Assembly (NCBI GenBank): GCA_038889235.1
Contig: JAWAHN010000003.1
Span: 1-7,964, forward strand
Direction: 5' to 3'
Source: Candidatus Jordarchaeales archaeon
Lineage (GTDB): Archaea > Asgardarchaeota > Jordiarchaeia > Jordiarchaeales > Freyrarchaeaceae
Length of the DNA stretch: 7,964 bases
Shown piece after piece: positions 1-6,050 of this stretch. The first letter of the stretch is position 1. Each line of letters opens with the position of its first letter. Made by a program: the position numbers and the translations under genes. The notes beneath the pieces are model-generated. The model made no database searches and was not told the DNA's origin. It saw nothing but the letters and a program-made list of their open reading frames with translations.

Positions 1-480
1 GGGACTGTTTTTGTTTCCTTGTGTTTTTTTGTTTGTTTTTTGTTTTTTAAGTTTTTTCTTTTTCTTTTTTTGTTTGGTTTTCGGAACATTGGTTTTTTGG
101 TTTGGGGTTTATAAGGATGTTCCGGAACTGGAAAGAATTTTTTATGTTTTCTTTGTCTTCAAAGATATTTCTTTTTTCTTATTTATCTTTTTTCGAGTTT
201 GGGATGTGTGTTTAATGTTTTTTCTTTTTATATTGTTGTTTTTTCTGTTTTTTGTTTCTTTTTTTCTTTTTTTGTTCTTTTTTCTTTTTTGTTTTTTCTT
301 TTTTTGTTTTTTCTGGGCTTTTTCTTTCTTTTTCATTTTAAGGTGTTGTTTTTGGGTGTGGTTGGGTGTGGGTCTTGTTCCGCTGGGGTATTTAAGTTTT
401 TCGGTTTTGTTGTTTGGGTTTTTGGTTGTTGTGTGTTTTTGTTTTTTCTGTTTTTTGTTGGTAGGTGGTGGGTGTTCTAA
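1..480. repeat. Strand-asymmetric T-rich low-complexity non-coding tract (oligo-T runs broken by single C/G); may continue left of the window
   Basis: 50 of 60 bases at 241-300 are T. There is no A at 5-48, 233-334 or 396-462. ORFs over it translate to F/V/C/L or poly-K low-complexity strings. Confidence 0.9.
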
Positions 481-496
481 TGAGTTTGGTGTTTTT

Positions 497-514
497 GAAC
501 AAAATTTTTATAAA
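497..514 (+). promoter_or_regulatory. Putative archaeal BRE/TATA promoter of the thiolase gene
   Basis: Purine-rich GAACAAAA (497-504) precedes TTTATAAA (507-514), about 42 nt upstream of ATG 556. Confidence 0.65.
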
Positions 515-542
515 GAGAATCTTTTCATTCGGTTTCCAGAAG

Positions 543-548
543 GGAGGT
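543..548 (+). promoter_or_regulatory. Shine-Dalgarno site of the thiolase gene
   Basis: GGAGGT lies 7 nt before ATG 556, which favours 556 over TTG 550 as the start. Confidence 0.8.
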
Positions 549-555
549 TTTGGAT

Positions 556-1806
556 ATGGTTGAGGAAGTATATATTGTGGATTTCTTGCGGACTCCGTAT
601 TCTAGGTCGAGGCCTACGAAGCCTGAGACGGATGTTTTCAATAAGGCTTACATGCCGGATATGGCTGCGATGCTTGTGAGGAAGATGATTGAGAGGACGG
701 GGATTAATCCAGAGGAGATCGGTGACGTGATAACTGGTTGCACTATGCAGATGAAGGAGCAGTGGCTTTATGGTGGTAGGATTATCAATATTTTGGCGGA
801 CTTGCCGATAAATGTTCCGGCTCAGGGTACGGAGCGTGTCTGTATTTCGGGTATGTCTGCTATGCATCAGTGTGTGATGGAGATTGCTTTGGGGTACTCT
901 GATATAGCGATAGCGTGTGGCATAGAGCATATGACTCACCTTCCGATGCAGTTGGACCTTAACCCTCACCTTGGGGTTTCTCCGACGCTTCTTACGAGGA
1001 GGGATCTTATAGAGAAGTATGACTTGATTACTGCGATGAGCATGGGGTTGACTGCTGAGAAGTTGTTTGCGAAGTACAAGGATGTGTTTGGTTGGACTAA
1101 GAGGGACTTGGATGAGTGGGCTTACAGGAGTCACATGCGTGCGGCTCAGGCGTTGAAGGAGGGTTACTTTAGGAATGGTGCGGGTTACCCTGAGGGTAGG
1201 AGAGATGGAGAGATAGTTCCGGTTGAGGTTGAGCTTGCTGATGGTACGAGGAAGATTATTGACGTTGACCAGTCTATTAGGCCTGACACTACGCTTGAGG
1301 CTATAGAGAAGCTGCCGCCGGCTTTCAAGCCTGACGGTGTGCTTACGGCTGGCAACTCGTCTCCTTTGAATGCTGGAGCGTCTGCTATGATGTTGATGTC
1401 TAAGAGGAAGATGAAGGAGTATGGTTTGGAGCCTTTGGCTAGGGTTGTGTCTATAGGTTGGGCTGGGGTTGACCCGAGTGTTATGGGTGAAGGGCCTGTG
1501 CCTGCGTCTCTTAAGGCGTTGAAGCACGCTAAGCTGGAGGTTAAGGACATAGACTTCTGGGAGGTTAACGAGGCTTTCGCTGTTGTGACGTTGTTTGCCA
1601 TTAAGAAGCTTGGGCTGGACCCGGAGAGGGTGAATGTTAAGGGTGGAGCGATAGCTATAGGGCACCCGTTGGCGTCTTCGGGGATCAGGATTACTGGGAC
1701 GCTTGCCAGGATTCTCAACATTGAAGGGGCGAAGTATGGCTGTGCGACGCTGTGTGGCGGTGGTGGTCAGGGAGGAGCTACTGTGATTGAGAACGTGAAC
1801 GTCTAG
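556..1806 (+). CDS. Acetyl-CoA C-acyltransferase / acetyltransferase (thiolase), classical NEAF-type resembling crenarchaeal beta-ketothiolases
   Basis: All thiolase motifs are present: RTP near the N-terminus, nucleophile Cys in ERVCISG, GIEHMT, TAGNSSPLNAGA, EVNEAFA, GGAIAIGHP and C-terminal LCGGGGQG. Confidence 0.96.
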   Translation: MVEEVYIVDFLRTPYSRSRPTKPETDVFNKAYMPDMAAMLVRKMIERTGINPEEIGDVITGCTMQMKEQWLYGGRIINILADLPINVPAQGTERVCISGMSAMHQCVMEIALGYSDIAIACGIEHMTHLPMQLDLNPHLGVSPTLLTRRDLIEKYDLITAMSMGLTAEKLFAKYKDVFGWTKRDLDEWAYRSHMRAAQALKEGYFRNGAGYPEGRRDGEIVPVEVELADGTRKIIDVDQSIRPDTTLEAIEKLPPAFKPDGVLTAGNSSPLNAGASAMMLMSKRKMKEYGLEPLARVVSIGWAGVDPSVMGEGPVPASLKALKHAKLEVKDIDFWEVNEAFAVVTLFAIKKLGLDPERVNVKGGAIAIGHPLASSGIRITGTLARILNIEGAKYGCATLCGGGGQGGATVIENVNV

Positions 1807-1828
1807 CCTCCCTCCTCTTCTTATTTTT
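1807..1828 (+). terminator. Pyrimidine/oligo-T tract after the thiolase stop; possible archaeal terminator
   Basis: CCTCCCTCCTCTTCTTATTTTT directly follows TAG 1804-1806. Confidence 0.35.
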
Positions 1829-1844
1829 GGGGGTTTGGTTTCTT

Positions 1845-2504
1845 TTGAGCTATGCTGTTTCTTGGAGTGGTGGTAAGGATAGTTGCCTCGCGTTTTGTGA
1901 GGCTTTGCGTAGGGGTTTGAGGGTTTCGCACTTGGTGAACTTCGTGTATGGGGGTTTGGTTCGCTCTCACGGTGTGTCTGCCGGCTTGGTTCGGCTTCAG
2001 GCTGAGCTTGCGGGTTTACCCGTAGTTCAGGTTGAGACGGGCTGGGAGGATTATGAGTACAATTTTAAGAGGGCTGCTCTCTCCCTTATTCCGCTTGGCG
2101 TTAAGGGTATGGTTTTCGGGGACATATATGTGGAGGAGCATAGGAGGTGGGTTGAGAGGGTTTGCGGCGAGCTCGGCCTTGAAGCCGTGGAGCCTTTGTG
2201 GGGGATGAAGCCTAGGGAGGTTATCTCTCGCCTATTGGACTACGGGATTGAGGCTGTGATTGTTTCCGCCCGTTCCAGTATCATAGGTGAGGAGTGGGCT
2301 GGGCGCCTGGTGAGCTGGGAGTTTGTGGACTTTCTCGAGGAGAGGGGGATTGACGTGTGTGGGGAGAACGGCGAGTACCACACTCTCGTCGTGAAGGCTC
2401 CGGTTTTCAGGGGGAGGGTGAACGTGAAGGTTGAGCGTGTTGTTAGGGAGGGGGACCGCTGGGTTGCGGTTGTCAGCTTGGCTGGAGTGCACTCTGGGTT
2501 TTGA
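1845..2504 (+). CDS. Diphthine--ammonia ligase (Dph6)/DUF71-like PP-loop ATP pyrophosphatase; substrate uncertain
   Basis: PP-loop SWSGGKDS, then FGDI, EPLW and CGENGEYHT motifs. TTG 1845 (MSYAVSW) is preferred over TTG 1827 because GGGGGT lies at 1829-1834 and the first beta-strand then starts at the N-terminus. Confidence 0.85.
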   Translation: MSYAVSWSGGKDSCLAFCEALRRGLRVSHLVNFVYGGLVRSHGVSAGLVRLQAELAGLPVVQVETGWEDYEYNFKRAALSLIPLGVKGMVFGDIYVEEHRRWVERVCGELGLEAVEPLWGMKPREVISRLLDYGIEAVIVSARSSIIGEEWAGRLVSWEFVDFLEERGIDVCGENGEYHTLVVKAPVFRGRVNVKVERVVREGDRWVAVVSLAGVHSGF

Positions 2505-2516
2505 CGCTTAAAGGTG

Positions 2517-2534
2517 TTTTTCTCCCCGGGTTTT
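2517..2534 (+). terminator. Oligo-T tracts between the convergent Dph6-like and UroD-like genes
   Basis: TTTTT at 2517-2521 and TTTT at 2531-2534 lie in the 33-nt convergent gap. Confidence 0.4.
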
Positions 2535-2537
2535 GGT

Positions 2538-3671
2538 TTACGCTCTGTAGAAGCCGTACTTCATCACGGAGTCCTTCATCGCCTTGAGGTTTTCTGGGGG
2601 TATGTTGTCTGGGAGGACGCATGAGGAGCAGAGCATGTAGCCGCCGCCCTCCATGCACTCTTCTATCTGCCTCCTGCAGTATTCTTCGACTTCTCTCGGT
2701 GTTCCGAGCGCCGTCACGTGTGGGGGTATGCTCCCCATTATGCAGGCTCTTCCCCCGAGTATTTCTTTTGCCTTGAATATGTCTGTCTGGTCGAAGTGGA
2801 ACCACGTTTTTCCCTTCGGGAACTCTGTGAAGTAGTCTAGGACCGCGGTGTAGTCGTTGTCGAGGTGGAACAGCACTATGTATCCCTTCCTTATTATTTC
2901 TTCTGCTATTTTCTTTATGTGGGGCCAGAATAGGTCGAACCTTTTCGGGGAGATTATGTTTGGGGCGACGCGGGAGAACCCGTAGACGACTATCTTGGGC
3001 TCGGCTTCTCCTGCTGTAAACCTGACCTGCGGGTCTATGGTTGCTATCATTTCTTCTGTTGTCGCTTCGCATGCTGCGACCAGCGTGTCCGGGATTTGGA
3101 CGACGTCGAGGAGGTACTTGTCGAAGCTCCTGAGGAAGGATATCACGTCTACGGGTGGCTCAACCACGGCGTGGCCTAGGGTTAAAACGTCCATCTCTCT
3201 TAGCCAGGAGGCGGTGTCGAGCTCCGCGTACTGCGTGGCGTACTTTACGAGCTCGCTTTCAAGCTCGGGCCTTCTCTTGAAGGGGGCGAACCCCTTCTCT
3301 ATGACCGTCTTGTAGTCCTCTCTTTTCATGATCTCTCTTTCTATCATTTGCTCCGGTGTGTTCCCTTTTGGGAGCTGCCAGTCGAAGTAGAACATGCTGT
3401 GCGAGTTAGGCCAGGGAAGGTAGTAGATTATTATTGGTGAGCAGCCCGAGTATATGTCGAAGCCGCCGAACATCCTCCAAACCTTCTTCGTCGCTTCGTA
3501 TGACTTCTTCACGTCGAAGAAGAACTCCTCTATGGTCATCCCGGTCAGCAGCGCCTGTGCCGCGTGGAAGTCGGCGATGAAGGGCACGCGGTCGGGTTCC
3601 TTCAAGGCTAGAGCGGCTTCAACCCTCTCCCTTGGGGTCATCGTCTCCCTTTCATCCATCTTAAGAGGCAC
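2538..3671 (-). CDS. Uroporphyrinogen decarboxylase (URO-D)/MtaA-CmuA superfamily TIM-barrel protein; putative corrinoid-dependent methyltransferase
   Basis: N-terminal MTPRERVEAALALKEPDRVP, FLRSFDKYLLD, ISPKRF, DIFKAKEILG-x-x-ACIMG, GTPREVEEYCR and C-terminal GGGYMLCSSCVLP-x-x-IPPENLKAM. GTG start has GAGGTGA 6 nt upstream. Confidence 0.88.
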   Translation of the reverse strand: MPLKMDERETMTPRERVEAALALKEPDRVPFIADFHAAQALLTGMTIEEFFFDVKKSYEATKKVWRMFGGFDIYSGCSPIIIYYLPWPNSHSMFYFDWQLPKGNTPEQMIEREIMKREDYKTVIEKGFAPFKRRPELESELVKYATQYAELDTASWLREMDVLTLGHAVVEPPVDVISFLRSFDKYLLDVVQIPDTLVAACEATTEEMIATIDPQVRFTAGEAEPKIVVYGFSRVAPNIISPKRFDLFWPHIKKIAEEIIRKGYIVLFHLDNDYTAVLDYFTEFPKGKTWFHFDQTDIFKAKEILGGRACIMGSIPPHVTALGTPREVEEYCRRQIEECMEGGGYMLCSSCVLPDNIPPENLKAMKDSVMKYGFYRA

Positions 3672-3677
3672 AGTTTT

Positions 3678-3717
3678 TCACCTCACTGTTTCAGGAAGGG
3701 TGGAACTGGTAAAAATA
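3678..3717 (-). promoter_or_regulatory. Shine-Dalgarno site and putative TATA of the UroD-like gene
   Basis: GAGGTGA at 3684-3678 (minus). TATTTTTAC at 3717-3709 (minus) is preceded by purine-rich GGAAAAGAAC. Confidence 0.6.
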
Positions 3718-3822
3718 CGTTCTTTTCCTTGGGCTTTGAGCCCTTCTGGTGAAGCCGCCCCTCTTGTTAGTGGTTGCGCTGCCCTTCTTGCTCCACGAGT
3801 TGGTTTGCCGGCTTCTTTTGGC

Positions 3823-4377
3823 TTAGAGGATGACGTCGCTTCTCCTCACGAACTTCGGGTTGAACTTTGCCACGCTTTCCACAGCCCACCTCGCTAGGTC
3901 GCCGGTCACGTTCTGGCACTCGGGTATCGCTTTACCATTCTTTGCGAGCGTGAGGAACTCTGCGAGCGACTTCGGGTTGCTGAGTATGTAAGCTTTCCCC
4001 CAGTTGTGGAACTGAACGTCGACACACCTTATCCCCCCATATTTCTCCCTCATTTTTTCGCCGACCTCCGCCACCGCTCTGCTCACGACTAGCACTTTTG
4101 CCACGTTTTTCTCCACGTTTTCCCGGGTGAAGCCGAAGCTGAAGCTTATAGCCATAGCAGCCCCGGCCATCGCGCCGCAGGTTCCAAGGGTCATGTTTCC
4201 CGTTCCGCCGGAAAGCCCTATGGTTGCCTTCCAGACTTCGTCGACGATTTTCTCTCCGGCGTATCCGAGAGTATCCATGACCGCGGCGAAGACTGTTGGA
4301 GCGCAGGCCCGCCACCTCGCAAGGTACTCGTAACCTTTTCGGTAGGCTTCGTCGAGCAAGTCGCTCAGCTTCTTCAA
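3823..4377 (-). CDS. C_GCAxxG_C_C family putative redox-active protein
   Basis: Four Cys in family order: ACAPTV, GTCGAMAG, GIRCVD, PECQN, with GLSGG before the GxCGAxxG motif. TTG start has AAGGAGG (4392-4386) 8 nt upstream. Confidence 0.9.
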   Translation of the reverse strand: MKKLSDLLDEAYRKGYEYLARWRACAPTVFAAVMDTLGYAGEKIVDEVWKATIGLSGGTGNMTLGTCGAMAGAAMAISFSFGFTRENVEKNVAKVLVVSRAVAEVGEKMREKYGGIRCVDVQFHNWGKAYILSNPKSLAEFLTLAKNGKAIPECQNVTGDLARWAVESVAKFNPKFVRRSDVIL

Positions 4378-4491
4378 ACAACCAGCCTCCTTAGCCGGGA
4401 TTACGCGGACGCCAGCTAACTTCTAGTAGAGGAAATATTTTTTACTTTCCTGGTGTGAAGAAGAGTCTAGCTGATTCTAGAGGCTGGAAGC
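4378..4491. promoter_or_regulatory. Divergent promoter region shared by the C_GCAxxG_C_C and DUF169 genes
   Basis: 114-nt gap with one AT-rich core (AAATATTTTTTAC, 4433-4445) flanked by AGGAAA/TTTCCT inverted arms, and an SD-like GAGG before each start. Confidence 0.65.
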
Positions 4492-5319
4492 GTGGAAAGT
4501 AAGATTGCTAAGGTGCTGAATTTGAGGTATGAGCCTGTCGCCATACTGTGGGTTGACGATAAGCCTGAGGGCGCGGCTCAGTTTAGGAAGGGTGAGCGTG
4601 GCTGCGTCATGGAGATGTTCGCGAGGTCTGCTCTGGGCGAAACGGTTGCTTTTGACAGGGAGACGATCGGCTGTCCGGGTGGCGCGACGGGGTTAGGTTT
4701 CGGGAACTGGTATGAAAGGTTTCCCGGCGGTCTTGAGGGCTTCTACTACTTCTTGTCGGTGGGTTTTGAGAACTGGGATAGGGGGCGTGAGATCGCTAGG
4801 AGGCTTAAAGCTGAGGGGGTGGTGCAGGACAAGATAGTTGAGAAGATTGTTCACGGGGAGAGGTATAAGAAGACGCCCGACCTTGTCAAGAAGTTTGTCG
4901 AGGGGTTGCCGGTGGTCAACGTTCCGAAGAAGTACGTGGTGTTTAAGCCGATGAGGAATGTTGGGGGTGGCGACGAACCCGTGGTTGTCGTCTTCACGGT
5001 GAACCCGCACCAGCTCTCCGCTCTGATAGTGCTGGCGAACTACGATAGGGATAGCTGCGACAACGTGGTTGCCCCCATGGGGGCTGGATGCCACCAGATT
5101 GGGATATACGCTTACAGGGAGGCGTTTTCCGAGAAGCCTAGGGCGGTCATCGGACTAACAGACCTGGATGCCAGGATGAACGTTAGAAGCCGCCTGGGCG
5201 ACGACGTTTTCACCTTCGCTGTGCCATACAGGATGTTCGTGAGCATGGAGAAAAACGTGGAGGGAAGCTTCCTAGAAGTGGGAACCTGGAACGAGGTTAA
5301 AAAGTACTTGGACGCTTGA
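4492..5319 (+). CDS. DUF169 family protein (uncharacterised, conserved Cys motifs)
   Basis: L-x-LRYEPVAI N-terminus, GCVMEMFARS, IGCPGGATGLG, EPVVVVFTVNPHQLSAL, GAGCHQ, PRAVIGLTD-x-x-AR and FTFAVP. Confidence 0.82.
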   Translation: MESKIAKVLNLRYEPVAILWVDDKPEGAAQFRKGERGCVMEMFARSALGETVAFDRETIGCPGGATGLGFGNWYERFPGGLEGFYYFLSVGFENWDRGREIARRLKAEGVVQDKIVEKIVHGERYKKTPDLVKKFVEGLPVVNVPKKYVVFKPMRNVGGGDEPVVVVFTVNPHQLSALIVLANYDRDSCDNVVAPMGAGCHQIGIYAYREAFSEKPRAVIGLTDLDARMNVRSRLGDDVFTFAVPYRMFVSMEKNVEGSFLEVGTWNEVKKYLDA

Positions 5320-5326
5320 CCCCCCC

Positions 5327-6034
5327 CTACTTCCTCTCAACTTGGGATGGTTTTTTATGCTTCTTTTTCAGGGCTCTTTCCGCTAGAAACCGGGAGTACT
5401 TCTCCCACTCCGTTTCCCCTCCGCCTTTCCGCCTCCATATTCTGAAGCGGCAGGTTTCAGCTCCAGCCGGTATAATCCACTCGAACTTCACGTCGAAGTC
5501 TGCTCCGCCTTTCTCTCTGAGAAACCTCATTATTCCCTCGACCAGGTACCTTTGGATCCTGCAGTCGAATGGCCCGTAAACGTCTTGGAGGGGGCACCAG
5601 AGTATGTCGAACAGCGCTTCGTCCTCGCTCAATATTTCAGGCTTCTCCACCGAAGTCCACAGTATGGTGTTTATCGCTGTGGCGCAGAAGCTCGCCTTCT
5701 CTATCTCGCTGGTCCCCTCGGGGAAGACGGCCCCCTCAAACATCTGCCTCGCCACCTCGTAGCCAACCTTCCTCAGCGCCTCGTTGACAACACTCTGCCC
5801 CTCGGCTCCAAGCTTCTCCTCCACGTCCTCCACGACTTGTAGCAGAGCCTTAGCCATGAAGAGCCCCCAGATAAAGACTGTTGACGGGTCGAAGTCAGGT
5901 CTTACCGCGACGCCCCTTCTAAACCTCTCGACAGCCTTAGCGAATGGTGTGCCAAACCTGGTCCCCTTCCAGTTCTTTTCCTTGCGCTCACCACCAGCGA
6001 GGATGCCCCCCTCAATCAAGGCTAAAACCCCCAC
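5327..6034 (-). CDS. Hypothetical protein with V4R / L-2-amino-thiazoline-4-carboxylate (ATC) hydrolase-like ligand-binding fold; alternative start TTG 6019
   Basis: Helical N-half (LGAEG-x-x-VVNEALRKVGYEVARQ) followed by WCPL, FDCRI and IIPAGAETCRFRIW, a three-Cys pattern typical of V4R/ATC-hydrolase-like domains. It lies 16 nt downstream of the Fe-S gene. Confidence 0.6.
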   Translation of the reverse strand: MGVLALIEGGILAGGERKEKNWKGTRFGTPFAKAVERFRRGVAVRPDFDPSTVFIWGLFMAKALLQVVEDVEEKLGAEGQSVVNEALRKVGYEVARQMFEGAVFPEGTSEIEKASFCATAINTILWTSVEKPEILSEDEALFDILWCPLQDVYGPFDCRIQRYLVEGIMRFLREKGGADFDVKFEWIIPAGAETCRFRIWRRKGGGETEWEKYSRFLAERALKKKHKKPSQVERK

Positions 6035-6050
6035 GAGTCCAGTGGCGCGC

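Noticed and set aside
1-480. CRISPR array, exact tandem repeat or DGR template region
   Set aside because: No repeat-spacer periodicity, no exact repeat unit, no matching variable region and no reverse transcriptase in the window. A CRISPR leader role remains open.
11-679. 222-aa F/V/C/L-rich ORF, and nested ORFs 199..480 (+) and 142..336 (-, poly-K)
   Set aside because: These are translations of the T-rich tract, which has few A and so few stop codons on the + strand. There is no SD, and the long ORF overlaps the thiolase promoter and start out of frame.
508-1665. 385-aa antisense ORF over the thiolase
   Set aside because: Its codons are in register with the thiolase codons. It stays open because the thiolase avoids TTA/CTA/TCA. 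No motifs. The same explanation fits 2232..2492 and 4693..5094.
3731-3743. Small hairpin GGGCT-TTG-AGCCC between the C_GCAxxG_C_C and UroD-like genes
   Set aside because: A 5-bp stem is within chance expectation and has no downstream T tract on the coding strand.
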